Below, piece after piece: positions 25,758 through 35,985 of a stretch of DNA of 64,000 nt (positions are counted from its first letter, which is position 1; each line of letters begins with the position of its first letter). Source of the stretch: a bacterium (lineage in GTDB: Bacteria; Planctomycetota; Planctomycetia; Planctomycetales; Planctomycetaceae); NCBI GenBank assembly GCA_016124895.1, contig WGMU01000100.1, positions 1 to 64,000 on the forward strand, read 5' to 3'. Under the pieces are notes generated by a model that did not search any database, had not been told where the DNA came from, and saw only the letters and a list, made by a program, of their open reading frames with translations. The position numbers were made by a program, and so were the translations under genes.

Positions 25758-27995
25758 ATGAATCGAGTTCTTCCAGCGTTGCTGATGGCGGGATTTCTGA
25801 GTGTCAGTGTCGACGTCTGCAGTTTCGCTGCCGATGGATTTGCTTCTCGCGAGCGGACGCTGTGGACCAATTCCAGAATTGCTGGCACTCCGGATCCGCC
25901 CGCTGCGTACACGCTTCAGGTCGCTTTTCCGCATCTGAAGTTCGATGAGCCACTTTCATTCGGACAAGTTCCGGGCACTGGACGGCTCGCGATGGCAGAG
26001 CGGACCGGGAAGATCTTCGCGTTCGCCGATGACCGATCGACCAGCGAAAAATCGCTGCTGCTGGACGTCGGACGAACGGTTTACGGAATCGCGTTTCATC
26101 CTGACTTTGCAAGGAACGGGCGTCTCTTCGTCACGTCCATCACGGGCGACGGCGAAGACGGCAGCCTGCTCTCCGAATTCACGGTAACGGACCGAGAGAA
26201 ACTCAGCGCCGATCCGAACCGCGAAGTGGAACTGCTGCGCTGGCCGACCGGTGGCCACAACGGCGGCTGCATTCGTTTCGGCCCGAATGGCCTGCTTTAT
26301 CTGGCAACGGGAGACGGAAGCGGGATTGCCGATCAGCGGCTGACCGGACAGGACATCTCGGATCTCACCGGCTCAGTGCTCCGAATCGACGTGGACAACC
26401 GGGACGCCGGACGTGCCTACGGCATCCCCAAAGACAATCCATTCGTCGCGATGAAAAACGCTCGGCCGGAAGTCTATGCCTACGGACTGCGGCAGCTCTG
26501 GAAGTTCAGTTTCGATCCGCAGGGACGGTTGTGGGGTGGCGAGGTCGGGCAGGACCTGTGGGAGATGATTTACATCATCGAACGTGGCGGCAATTACGGA
26601 TGGAGTGTCAACGAGGGTCGCCACCCCTTTCGGCCGGAGCGTCCTCGGGGACCAACGGCCATTGTCGCCCCCATCGTCGAGCACCCGCACTCAGACTTCC
26701 GGTCCATCACCGGCGGTTACGTCTACACCGGCAACCGGTTGCCGAAGCTGAAGGGCCATTACATCTACGGTGACTACGACACTGGAAAGATCTGGGCACT
26801 GAAGTGGGATGCCGGCGCAAAGAAGGTCGTTGCTCACTTCGAGCTGTGCGACGAGCAGTTGCGGCTGGTGGAGTTCGGGCTGACCGGCGATGCAGAACTG
26901 CTGCTGGTCGATTACGCGGGAGGCCAGCTCAATGAACTGATTCCGGCTCCCCCTGCTTCAGAGAACTCGCCGCCGTTTCCACGGAAACTCAGCGAGACCG
27001 GCCTGTTCGCTTCAACGCACGACCACACGCCTGAGTCCGGAGTCATTCCATACGACGTGATCGCTCCACTGTGGTCAGACCACGCTCACAAGGATCGGTT
27101 CCTCGCGATCCCTGGTAAAGGGCAGATCGAGTTTGAAGCCGTGACGTATCCGCAGCCGGCTCCCGGTTCAAGACCCGGCTGGCGGTTCCCCGACGGGACA
27201 GTCCTGGTCAAAACGTTTTCCCTGGAGATGGAAGCAGGCAATCCCGCGTCCCGCAAGCGGCTCGAAACGCGACTGCTCCATTACGAAAAGATGCCCGGCA
27301 AAGACGACGTTTACGGAGCGCAGGTCTGGCACGGTTACACGTATCTCTGGAATGACGAACAGACCGATGCCGTGCTGCTCGACGCGCAGGGTCTCGACCG
27401 CGAATACACGATCCGGGACGCCTCCGCGCCGGACGGCATCCGTCGGCAAACCTGGCATTTCCCGAGTCGCGCGGAATGTACGCTGTGCCACACAATGGCC
27501 GCGAAGTACGCACTCGGCGTACAGACCAACCAGTTGAACCATGACTATGACTACGGAGCCGGCGTCGGGAAGAAGAATCAGATCGAGTATTTCAACGAAC
27601 TGGGCCTGTTCACGCAGGCGATCCCCGGCGAGATCTCCAGTCTCGATCGACTGACTGACTATCACGCGGAAACGGCCAGCCTCAATGATCGGGCACGGTC
27701 ATACCTGCACGCCAACTGTTCCCACTGCCATCGCAAGTGGGGTGGTGGAAACGCCGAGTTCCAACTGCTGCAGACTCTGCCGCTCGAAGAAACCGGTACG
27801 GTCAACGTGAAGCCGGGCCAGGGTCAGTTCAACCTGCAGGACGCCCGACTGCTGGTCCCCGGCGACCCGGACCGCTCACTGATCTGGTTCCGCATGAACC
27901 GTCTGGGCCTGGGACGCATGCCCCACGTCGCGTCCAGCATCCGCGACGAGCAAGCCATCACGCTGATTCGAGACTGGATCAGCAGCCTGAAGTAG
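25758..27995 (+). CDS. PQQ-dependent sugar (glucose/sorbosone) dehydrogenase-like beta-propeller protein with a C-terminal extension bearing two CXXCH haem c motifs
   Basis: Signal peptide. YGIAFHPDF, GGCIRFGPNGLLYLATGDG, and NYGWSVNEG are soluble quinoprotein dehydrogenase (YliI/Asd-like) motifs. The C-terminal ~200 aa contain CTLCH and CSHCH. Confidence 0.65.
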   Translation: MNRVLPALLMAGFLSVSVDVCSFAADGFASRERTLWTNSRIAGTPDPPAAYTLQVAFPHLKFDEPLSFGQVPGTGRLAMAERTGKIFAFADDRSTSEKSLLLDVGRTVYGIAFHPDFARNGRLFVTSITGDGEDGSLLSEFTVTDREKLSADPNREVELLRWPTGGHNGGCIRFGPNGLLYLATGDGSGIADQRLTGQDISDLTGSVLRIDVDNRDAGRAYGIPKDNPFVAMKNARPEVYAYGLRQLWKFSFDPQGRLWGGEVGQDLWEMIYIIERGGNYGWSVNEGRHPFRPERPRGPTAIVAPIVEHPHSDFRSITGGYVYTGNRLPKLKGHYIYGDYDTGKIWALKWDAGAKKVVAHFELCDEQLRLVEFGLTGDAELLLVDYAGGQLNELIPAPPASENSPPFPRKLSETGLFASTHDHTPESGVIPYDVIAPLWSDHAHKDRFLAIPGKGQIEFEAVTYPQPAPGSRPGWRFPDGTVLVKTFSLEMEAGNPASRKRLETRLLHYEKMPGKDDVYGAQVWHGYTYLWNDEQTDAVLLDAQGLDREYTIRDASAPDGIRRQTWHFPSRAECTLCHTMAAKYALGVQTNQLNHDYDYGAGVGKKNQIEYFNELGLFTQAIPGEISSLDRLTDYHAETASLNDRARSYLHANCSHCHRKWGGGNAEFQLLQTLPLEETGTVNVKPGQGQFNLQDARLLVPGDPDRSLIWFRMNRLGLGRMPHVASSIRDEQAITLIRDWISSLK

Positions 27996-28321
27996 CCTGC
28001 CCGAATTCCAGAGACGCGGATCCGTTTCCCACCGCCAATGTCGGAAGAACAGAGCAGGCTGCGTAGAGCCAGACGCAACGCACCGACTGAACTCGTACGG
28101 CCCGACCGCTTACAGTCGAGTGCTGGAGTCACAGGAAGCCACAGCATCAGCCTCCAGTATTCGTAGCAGGTCACAACTGACTGAACGGCGGACAGTAAAA
28201 CGTCCTGTCGCTGCACGCGGTCCGGCCTGCGAGAACCACCTCCTGTGCTCCGCACACCGGTTGGCAAGCAATCGGTGCTACCCCGCTCCCGTTCACCGCA
28301 TGGTTCTGTGCGATCTTGGTT

Positions 28322-28963
28322 TCAAGTGTCCCTCGGGATTTCATCCCAGTTGGATTCGACGCCGATCACCCAATCAAGCGCCTTACGGCGTTCTTGAATG
28401 ACGCCTTCCTTGATTCTACACGGCAATTGCTTGAGCCGAGAATCACGTGCGGCCCAGTGCAAACGGTAATGTAAGTCTGCTTGTTGGTAGATTTCTGGGA
28501 ACGGCCGAAGTGAAGCCGTTTGGATAAAGTCCGCTGGGTCTGTAAAGGGCGGTGGAAAATGCGAGGCCAGATCGTCGTCGCAGCCAGCAAATGGATCGAG
28601 ACCAACAAATTTGAAGCACCATCCGATAGCCTGCATGCATTCGATAAGCCATGTCGCGTTGATCTTCTGCTGGTCCGAATATGTGGTGGCGTCGAGAAGG
28701 TCCCGCTCGCTTGCCGACGCAAACTGAAGTAAGCCAAAGTCGACCAATGACTGTCTCATCTTGGACCCCGGTTGGCCGAACCCGATTCCGATGATGTGAG
28801 TGAGGATAGACGCGCGGCGTGCAACGTCGATTGCGGACTGCGGCGATAGCTCGGACGGCGACTCCAGTAGGGGTAGTGTTTCGTTGATCGGGAGTTGATG
28901 CTGCGTGAGGAAGTCATGGCTCTGTCGTTTTGCAGCATCGGGAGTCATGGCACGCTCACGCAC
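28322..28963 (-). CDS. Hypothetical protein in a lower-GC islet, possibly DUF4272-like
   Basis: 213 aa. The gene's local GC is visibly lower (~50%) than the surrounding ~63%. Family assignment is from memory only. Confidence 0.4.
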   Translation of the reverse strand: MRERAMTPDAAKRQSHDFLTQHQLPINETLPLLESPSELSPQSAIDVARRASILTHIIGIGFGQPGSKMRQSLVDFGLLQFASASERDLLDATTYSDQQKINATWLIECMQAIGWCFKFVGLDPFAGCDDDLASHFPPPFTDPADFIQTASLRPFPEIYQQADLHYRLHWAARDSRLKQLPCRIKEGVIQERRKALDWVIGVESNWDEIPRDT

Positions 28964-29133
28964 AGAACGCTTCGGTTAACGTGGCGGCGGCCAAAAAACG
29001 TTGCCTCAAGTCGGACGTGGCCCGCCGCTCACGTTCAACCGTTTGTTCGTCGCCGTCGCTTTCCGCGCACGACCGCCATCACGACGATGAGCGAACGTGG
29101 TTTGCTTGAAATTCCAAGTGACCCTCGCGCGAG

Positions 29134-29463
29134 TCAGTAACACATCGCATCATCTAGTCCTGAGTTTTCGATTAACCATTTAGCCATTGTGTCAAATCCA
29201 TGCGGGTCTATTCCGGTGTGACCCGTCGCGTGCAATTGGGCGAGCGAGCGTCCGATGGCAGACGCGAAAGTGAACGGCACAAGATACCATGCTGTTTCCG
29301 CGCCCGGCCAAGTCGCGACCTGTGCATTTCCGGCACACCACCTGAGACCCATCATCGTTACGCCGTCTTTCGTCAATAAGCCAACGGCTATCTCTCCAAC
29401 ACTTCCGGGGTAAACCAGAGTGTCGAGTTTGAATCCGTTTGGTCCATCAACTGGGGGTGACAT
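29134..29463 (-). CDS. Hypothetical protein (109 aa) in the lower-GC islet
   Basis: An ORF with coding-like composition. No recognisable motif. Confidence 0.3.
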   Translation of the reverse strand: MSPPVDGPNGFKLDTLVYPGSVGEIAVGLLTKDGVTMMGLRWCAGNAQVATWPGAETAWYLVPFTFASAIGRSLAQLHATGHTGIDPHGFDTMAKWLIENSGLDDAMCY

Positions 29464-29540
29464 TTGGTGTAGTGTGATTCAGTCGACGAACTTTGAATTC
29501 TGCGGCGTGCGGTTTTATCGGATTACCCGGACGCGGCATT

Positions 29541-29715
29541 TCCTGATTATCCCGCCGGCGGGGTAACCCCGCGACGGGATGTCATGATCTGTTGAAGGGC
29601 GTGAGGCTACGGTCGTCACTGTCAAGTGTCAAGCCGCGTACTGGCTGGATGTCGATAGTGCTTGAGCCGTATTAGGCCGCGGCGGGGTAATTCTGTTACC
29701 CCGCCACGGCATCGC
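29541..29715. repeat. Two related GC-rich hairpin motifs: CCGCCGGCGGGGTAACCCCGCGACGG (29551-29576) and GCCGCGGCGGGGTAA-ttctg-TTACCCCGCCACGG (29677-29710)
   Basis: Direct reading. The second has a perfect 10-bp stem GGCGGGGTAA/TTACCCCGCC. They lie in the 365-bp non-coding gap downstream of the flotillin gene. Confidence 0.5.
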
Positions 29716-29828
29716 GGAACTGTTGCCGCCAGCAACCGGGGAGAGACGAACGGCGTACGCGGGACTGCCCGCCAGGAAGAAACGCTTCTGCATCGTCGTG
29801 CGGACTGTGTTGCCAGAGCTTTGAGCTG

Positions 29829-31478
29829 TTACGTTTTCTCGCCGGAAGTCGCGGCTGACCTTCGCGTGCTCTCGTCAGTGGTTGCTGGCTCGGCTGCTGC
29901 AGCCCCGTTGGAACCGGGGGCTGTGTCTGGCGTCAGCCTTGCGAAGTATTCGGGAATTTCGACTCCGGCGACGTCGCGCATGACGTGCATCATGGGCGGC
30001 AGGGTGCGGGACATGTTCTGGAGGAAGTTGGAGGTGGCGGTCTGACCGTTGCCGCTGCCTCCGTTTTCCCAGACGACGACTTTGTCGAATTTGATGTTCG
30101 AGATCGCTTCGGCCGACGCCCTGGTCAGGTCGTCGATGTGTTCGAGCATCAGCATCCGGAAGGCCTGGTCGGCGCCGCCGCAGGCTTCGATGATGCGCTG
30201 CAGGCCTTCGCCCTTCTTCGCCAGGATTTCGTACTGTCCGCGGGCCTCGGCTTCGAGCTTCGCGAAGATCGCCGCTGCTTCCGCTTCGGCGTCGAGCTTG
30301 CGTTTGGCGGCGGCGGCTTCTGCCTCGACGATGATGCGGGCCTTCTGAGCTTTCGCCGGAGCTTCCAGTTCGGCTCGCTGTTCGGCTTCGACCTTTTCAG
30401 CTTCGGCCAGAGCAGCTTTCGCCAGCGCGCGGTTCTGAGCTTCCCGCACCGACGCGTCCGCCTCGCGTTTCTTCGTTTCGGAAATCTGGTACGCCTCGGC
30501 CTGACGCACCTGCAGGGTGGCTTTCGCGTCGGCAATGTCGGCCTGAGCTTCCGCCTCCCCTTTGACGGCCTGGGCTTCGGCGTTGGCCATCGCGGTTCGC
30601 TTCCGCTGATCGGCCTGCGAAACCAGAACGTCGCGTTCAAACTCAGCCGTCTGCTCGCCGACCTGCTGTTCCTTGTTGAGTTCTGCGACGCGCACAGCCT
30701 GTTCGCGTTCGGCTTCGCGGATCCCGATCTGCCGTTCCTTCGTAGCACTGGCGACCTGCACCTGTTTATCGCGGTCGGCTCCAGCGACGCGGACTTCGCC
30801 GAGCTTTTCCTGTTCGGCCACATCGCCGCGGGCTTTCTGAATCGCTTCCGAGGCGGCCTTCTGCCCGATCGCCGCAATGTAGCCGGATTCGTCGGTGATA
30901 TCCGTGATGTTGACGTTGATCAGAACCAGGCCGATCTTCCGCAGCTCGGGTTCCAGCGAGTGCTGAATCGCGGTCAGAAACTGCTCGCGGTCGCGGTTGA
31001 TATCTTCAATCTTCATCGACGCGATGACCTGACGAAGCTGGCCGAAGATGATGTCTTCCGCCTGTTTCTTGACCTGGGTCGTATTCAGCCCGAGCAGTCG
31101 AATCGCCGCGTTCTGCATGAGCTGCGGTTCGGTGCCGATGGCGACCGTGAAGACACTCGGCACATTGACGCGGATGTTTTCGCTGGAGAGTGCGTCGCGC
31201 AGCGGGACTTCGATCTGGATCGGTTCCAGGCTGAGGTACGAGTAATCCTGGATGACCGGCCAGACGAACTTGCCGCCGCCATGCACGCAGGTCGCCGACG
31301 TGTCGCCGGTCATCTGGCCGAAGATGACCAGAACCTTGTTGCTCGGACAGCGTTTGTAACGGCTGGCGTAAGCGAGCGCCGTCGAAACCAGCGCCAGCAG
31401 GATCATCACGGCGATACCGGGCAGGCTGGTGGCCAGTTCGAGTAACCCGTCCGCCAGAAGAAAACTGATTGCCGACAT
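29829..31478 (-). CDS. Flotillin-like SPFH/band-7 domain protein (FloT/YqiK-like)
   Basis: N-terminal TM anchor, an SPFH domain, then a long Ala/Glu/Lys/Gln-rich coiled coil (EAEAQA..AKATLQVRQAEA...). 549 aa. Confidence 0.75.
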   Translation of the reverse strand: MSAISFLLADGLLELATSLPGIAVMILLALVSTALAYASRYKRCPSNKVLVIFGQMTGDTSATCVHGGGKFVWPVIQDYSYLSLEPIQIEVPLRDALSSENIRVNVPSVFTVAIGTEPQLMQNAAIRLLGLNTTQVKKQAEDIIFGQLRQVIASMKIEDINRDREQFLTAIQHSLEPELRKIGLVLINVNITDITDESGYIAAIGQKAASEAIQKARGDVAEQEKLGEVRVAGADRDKQVQVASATKERQIGIREAEREQAVRVAELNKEQQVGEQTAEFERDVLVSQADQRKRTAMANAEAQAVKGEAEAQADIADAKATLQVRQAEAYQISETKKREADASVREAQNRALAKAALAEAEKVEAEQRAELEAPAKAQKARIIVEAEAAAAKRKLDAEAEAAAIFAKLEAEARGQYEILAKKGEGLQRIIEACGGADQAFRMLMLEHIDDLTRASAEAISNIKFDKVVVWENGGSGNGQTATSNFLQNMSRTLPPMMHVMRDVAGVEIPEYFARLTPDTAPGSNGAAAAEPATTDESTRRSAATSGEKT

Positions 31479-31926
31479 TGCGCTGCCCTTTCAAAGTCCA
31501 GTTTGGGTGATGTGCCTGCTGCTGTCTTCAGTCCGCTTCACGATCCGCGGCGACGCTCAGACCGTCGCGTGTTTACGTTGCCAGGAGCCGACGGATCTCG
31601 AAGTCAGCCGGATCGGATTTGACAGCGGCTGACCGTCGTGACTGAGAGCCCGTCGGTCAACGTGTCCATCACATCCGACAACCTCGCGTGCTGTAAAGCC
31701 TCACTTTCTGGAATGTTCCATCGTGGCGGAGAGTCGGGCCGTGACCGCTGGAACATCGAATACCACAGCGACTGGAACGGGCTGACAAAAAAACTCGGCC
31801 ACCGCACCCATGAGGCAGTGGCCGAGGCGAGTTTTGAATGTCAGATTTGCCAGGGAAGACGGGCCGCAGGACGGATTGGCAATCCGTCCCACGGGAATCA
31901 CGACTTCCGGATGGCGGGACGTGCCC

Positions 31927-33234
31927 TCAGACAATTTCCCAGCCTTTACGGTACTCCTTGCGGATGTACTGATCGGCGAGGCCGCAGTTCGGGGCACGCA
32001 GCTTTTCGGCGTCCCATTCCAGTGCCTCACCCGACCGATACGCGACGTTGCCGAGCAAAACCGTTTCGGTCAGAGCGCCGGAGTAATCGAAGTTGCAGGT
32101 CGTCGGCGAGCCGTCTTTGCAGGCCTTGATCCATTCGGCGTGATGGCCGATCGACCGCGGAATCGTCTGCGTCGGCGGTTCGTACGAACTGAACCTGTCC
32201 GACGGATACAGCTTGTAGCGGCCGTAATCCGCGAACATATGACCTTCCGAGCCGACAAACATGACACCGCTGCCGGGAACCCGTTCGCCAGCGACTTCCT
32301 TCGGAATCAGGTTGCCGTCGTACCAGGTCAGTTTGACCGGAGGCAGGTCGCCGCGTTTGGGAAACTGGTATTCGACCTTCAGTCCCAGCGGGCAGGTTTC
32401 CGGATGCACCGGCGGGCCTTCGGCTCGGGCACTGATCGGATGCCGCAGGTTGAGTGCCCAGAACGGCAGGTCCATATAGTGACAGGCCATGTCGCCGAGC
32501 GTGCCTTGGCCGAAGGCCCACCAGCGGCGCCACTGAGCCGGATGGTAACGACCGGCTGCGAAGGGCCGTTCGGGAGCTGGTCCCAGCCACAAATCCCAGT
32601 GCAGCGTCTTCGGCGGCTCGTCAGCTTTTTCAGGCAGTTCGCCACCACCCCAGCCTTTACCGACCCAGACATGAGCTTCGGTGACGTCACCAATCGCTCC
32701 GGACTGGATGATCTCGACGACGCGGCGGTAATTATCGCTCGCGTGAATCTGCGTGCCGAGCTGCGTGGCAACGCCGTACTTCTTCGCTTCGCTGGCGACG
32801 AGGCGTGCTTCCTCGACCGTATGCGTCAGCGGTTTCTCGCAGTAAACGTGCAGCTTCTTCCGGATGGCTCGCAGTGTCGCCGGTGCGTGGTTGTGGTCGG
32901 CTGTGGCGACAACGACCGCGTCGATGCGGTCCGCTTCCGCTTCGATCATCTCTCGATAATCGACGTACGTCTTTGCATCAGGAAATCGCGTTGCGGCCCG
33001 CTCGAGATAGGTGTCGTCGATGTCGCACAAGGCGACGATATTCTCACCCGCAACGCCATCGATGTCCGCGAGTGCCCGGTTGGCCGTGCCGATGCAGGCA
33101 ATCTTCAGCTTCTCGCTGGCTGAGGTTGACTGCGCGGCGGCGGCTCCGGTGAACACGCCCGCCGAGATCGCGGCGGCTCCGGCACTGGTGGTTTTGAGGA
33201 AGTCGCGACGACTGACTGAGGACAAGCGGGGCAT
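31927..33234 (-). CDS. Gfo/Idh/MocA-family NAD(P)-dependent oxidoreductase with a TAT signal
   Basis: Twin-arginine motif SRRDFLKTT. Rossmann IACIGTANRA...EKP motif typical of Gfo/Idh/MocA enzymes. Confidence 0.75.
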   Translation of the reverse strand: MPRLSSVSRRDFLKTTSAGAAAISAGVFTGAAAAQSTSASEKLKIACIGTANRALADIDGVAGENIVALCDIDDTYLERAATRFPDAKTYVDYREMIEAEADRIDAVVVATADHNHAPATLRAIRKKLHVYCEKPLTHTVEEARLVASEAKKYGVATQLGTQIHASDNYRRVVEIIQSGAIGDVTEAHVWVGKGWGGGELPEKADEPPKTLHWDLWLGPAPERPFAAGRYHPAQWRRWWAFGQGTLGDMACHYMDLPFWALNLRHPISARAEGPPVHPETCPLGLKVEYQFPKRGDLPPVKLTWYDGNLIPKEVAGERVPGSGVMFVGSEGHMFADYGRYKLYPSDRFSSYEPPTQTIPRSIGHHAEWIKACKDGSPTTCNFDYSGALTETVLLGNVAYRSGEALEWDAEKLRAPNCGLADQYIRKEYRKGWEIV

Positions 33235-33613
33235 GGCGTTTCTCCTGGCAATTCGGTGGGAACACAGCGGGACAGATCAGTCTGAGCCCGATCGGGTTGA
33301 CGCTCCGTAAATTCGTGAGCCGCCAGAACCCGAAGACGTTGGAGCGGGCATCGACTGTTTTTGATCAGTCCGACTATGACGAACGTATCCAGGAGCGACA
33401 ACTCTGCGGATCGGTGTCCGACGTTGGGTCGTTTCGTGTGGGTGCCAATCAGGAACGATCGATCTATACTCGCGCTATTCAGATGTGCCGACCGCGGCGT
33501 CATTGTGGCTGCCAGCCGCTGCCGCAATCCGTCTGTTCGAGCAAGCCAGCGTTTATTGACGCCGGCCATGAAACCGACGGCAAATTGTTCCCAGCTTCAG
33601 GAGATCAGCAGCG

Positions 33614-34102
33614 ATGAGTGGCGACAATCCTTTTGAAGTCTCCGCGGATGCTTATGGCGACCGATCTGCACGTGACCGCGATGTTATCACCGCTGAAGTC
33701 AGTTCACGAACGATTGAGCTGCTGAATCAGACGCGCCCTTGGGTGTCCCTGATGGGAGTGCTGCTGTGGATTGGAACTGTACTGATTGCCGTCGGGTCAA
33801 TCATGGCGTTGATTGGCGGTCTGATGGCCGGCCAGGGCGGCATGATTTTTATCGCCGCCATCTACATCGCATTGGGACTGGCGTATGGCTATCTGGCGAA
33901 ATCGCTGACAGGTTACGCTGCGCGGATTAATCGGCTGAACGCTTCCGAAAGCGTTGGCGATCTGGAAGACGCGATGGAATGTCAGAAGAACTTCTGGCGC
34001 GCTGTCGGCATTATCACTCTCGCAGGCATCCTTCTTTACATTGTGATCATTGCGATGGTGTTCGCTGGCTTTGCGTTTCTGGGCAACTTTGGTCGCATGT
34101 AG
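33614..34102 (+). CDS. Small integral membrane protein (4 TM); first gene of the RDD-SpoIIM-DUF4129-DUF4350-MoxR-DUF58 cluster
   Basis: Hydrophobic helices WVSLMGVLLWIGTVLIAVGSIMALIGGL etc. 162 aa. Confidence 0.5.
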   Translation: MSGDNPFEVSADAYGDRSARDRDVITAEVSSRTIELLNQTRPWVSLMGVLLWIGTVLIAVGSIMALIGGLMAGQGGMIFIAAIYIALGLAYGYLAKSLTGYAARINRLNASESVGDLEDAMECQKNFWRAVGIITLAGILLYIVIIAMVFAGFAFLGNFGRM

Positions 34103-34111
34103 GAAGCGGTT

Positions 34112-34903
34112 GTGACGAGCTTCGATCACCGGGTTGCTACGGTCGATACGCGGGCCGAAATTGAAACGCCTGAAAACGTGACGCTGAGTTTCAACGTTGC
34201 CGGCCCGGGCTCGCGCATGACGGCCTATCTGATCGATCTGGTCATCCGCGTTGTGGTTTTCTGGGGACTGTCGTTTGTCGTTTCGGCCGCTTTACCGGTG
34301 CTGGGAGATGGTCTGACGATGGGCGGTTTTCTGATCGGCCTGTTCGTCCTGGAGTGGGGTTATTCGACGATCTTCGAAGCGTTCTGGCGCGGGCAGACGC
34401 CGGGCAAACGAATCTGCGGGCTGCGCGTGCTGAAGGATGCCGGGTATCCGATCAGCTTCTACGACTCGGTCCTGCGGAATCTGTTGCGGGCTGCCGACTT
34501 CCTGCCGTTCGGATACGGCACCGGCCTGATCTGTATGACGTCGACGCGGCGACTGCAGCGCATCGGGGATCTCGTCGCCGGAACAATGGTTGTCCGTGAC
34601 GCCACTCACCGGTTTCAGCCTCTGACCGAAGCGTTTGCAAAGCTCGATCCAATTCAGCCGGTCGACTGCTCGGGGACGTTTGCCGTGTCAGAACGAACGC
34701 TGGATGTCATCGAGCAACTGCTGGCCAGACGCGACAAGTTGCCGAAGCGCCGTGTGGAAGAGATCGCTGAGATTCTCGCTCGGCCTGTGGCGGCAAAGCT
34801 CGGCTACCGGATCGACGACGACCCGGGACTTGACCGGCATGAGTATTTTCTGCGGCGCGTCCTGCGCACGTTCGGCATGACTCAGGAGCGCAATGCGGCA
34901 TGA
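34112..34903 (+). CDS. RDD-family membrane protein
   Basis: Topology and motifs fit the RDD domain (AYLIDLVIRVVVFWGL..., conserved R...DD-type positions). 263 aa. Confidence 0.55.
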   Translation: MTSFDHRVATVDTRAEIETPENVTLSFNVAGPGSRMTAYLIDLVIRVVVFWGLSFVVSAALPVLGDGLTMGGFLIGLFVLEWGYSTIFEAFWRGQTPGKRICGLRVLKDAGYPISFYDSVLRNLLRAADFLPFGYGTGLICMTSTRRLQRIGDLVAGTMVVRDATHRFQPLTEAFAKLDPIQPVDCSGTFAVSERTLDVIEQLLARRDKLPKRRVEEIAEILARPVAAKLGYRIDDDPGLDRHEYFLRRVLRTFGMTQERNAA

Positions 34904-35985
34904 CCCGCGATCAGTTCATTTTCCGTCGACAGCGCGACTGGCGCCGGTTCGAGATTCTCGTTGCCGAGGCCGAACAGCAGCGTCGAGTCACGCTCAGCGG
35001 CGATCAGATTGCAGAACTGTCGGCGCTGTATCGGGCTCTGTGTTTCGATCTGTCGCTTGTGCAGAGTCGTGACTGGGGCACCAGTCTGTCGCGTTATCTG
35101 AACGGACTGGTCGCACGCGGTCACAACACGCTGTATCGCAGTCGCCCCGGTTCACTGCTCGCGGCAATCCAGTTTCTGATGACGGGTTTTCCGAAACTGC
35201 TGCGTGAAAACGCCGCGTATTTTCTGCTCGCTCTGGCGTTGTTCGTCCTGCCTGGTGCGGCCAGCGGAACCGCAGTCTGTTTCGACACGTCACTGGCCAG
35301 CCGCATTCTGAGTGGCGGCAACCAGGCGATGATGGAAACCATGTACTCAGAGAGCGTCGCCGATCGATCGGCAGACGACGACATGCTCGAAGGCCGCTCC
35401 ATGATGGCCGGGTTTTACGTGCGGAATAATGTCGGCATCTCGTTCCGCTGCTTCGCTCTGGGCGCGTTTGCCGGGATCGGGACGATTGTCGTTCTCGTTT
35501 ACAACAGCGTCGCCCTGGGAACGGTCACCGGGTTTCTGATCGGCCGCGGCCACGGCGGCAACTTCTTCGAGTTCGTAATCGGGCACGGTTCGTTCGAACT
35601 GACTGCGATTGTCGTCTCCGGAGCGGCCGGACTCGTTCTCGGCCACGCGATGGTACATCCGGGTAGACTGTCGAGACGCGACGCACTGATCGAACGCGGT
35701 CTCGTTTCCGTCAAGCTGGCCATCGGAGCGGCGGCGATGCTGTTTGTCGCCGCGCTGATCGAAGCGTACTGGTCGCCGTCTCCGCTCATTTCACGCGACG
35801 TCAAAATGATTGTCGGCGGCCTGCTGTGGCTGCTGGTCATCACCTGGCTGGGCTTCGCCGGTTCAACTCACCTGAACCGGATGACTTCGGCCTTCCGCGA
35901 ACCAGATGTCCGCGCGACAGAATCGCGAAGTCAATCGTCTGCAGGCGGACGTTCAAACGCTCCGGCCGGGGAGCCATCGGCATGA
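34900..35985 (+). CDS. Stage II sporulation protein M-like (DUF95) membrane protein
   Basis: The N-terminus FIFRRQRDWRRFEILV followed by multiple TM helices is the usual DUF95/SpoIIM layout. Overlaps the neighbouring genes by 4 bp on each side. Confidence 0.55.
   Translation: MTRDQFIFRRQRDWRRFEILVAEAEQQRRVTLSGDQIAELSALYRALCFDLSLVQSRDWGTSLSRYLNGLVARGHNTLYRSRPGSLLAAIQFLMTGFPKLLRENAAYFLLALALFVLPGAASGTAVCFDTSLASRILSGGNQAMMETMYSESVADRSADDDMLEGRSMMAGFYVRNNVGISFRCFALGAFAGIGTIVVLVYNSVALGTVTGFLIGRGHGGNFFEFVIGHGSFELTAIVVSGAAGLVLGHAMVHPGRLSRRDALIERGLVSVKLAIGAAAMLFVAALIEAYWSPSPLISRDVKMIVGGLLWLLVITWLGFAGSTHLNRMTSAFREPDVRATESRSQSSAGGRSNAPAGEPSA

Noticed and set aside
29985-31445. 486-aa plus-strand ORF and the 242-aa minus-strand alternative frame (30149-30877)
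   Set aside because: Both overlap the flotillin gene. The translations are Arg/Gly/Phe low-complexity products typical of off-frame reading of an Ala/Glu-rich coiled-coil gene.
31810-33123. 437-aa plus-strand ORF
   Set aside because: Antisense to the TAT-signal Gfo/Idh/MocA oxidoreductase; no motifs.
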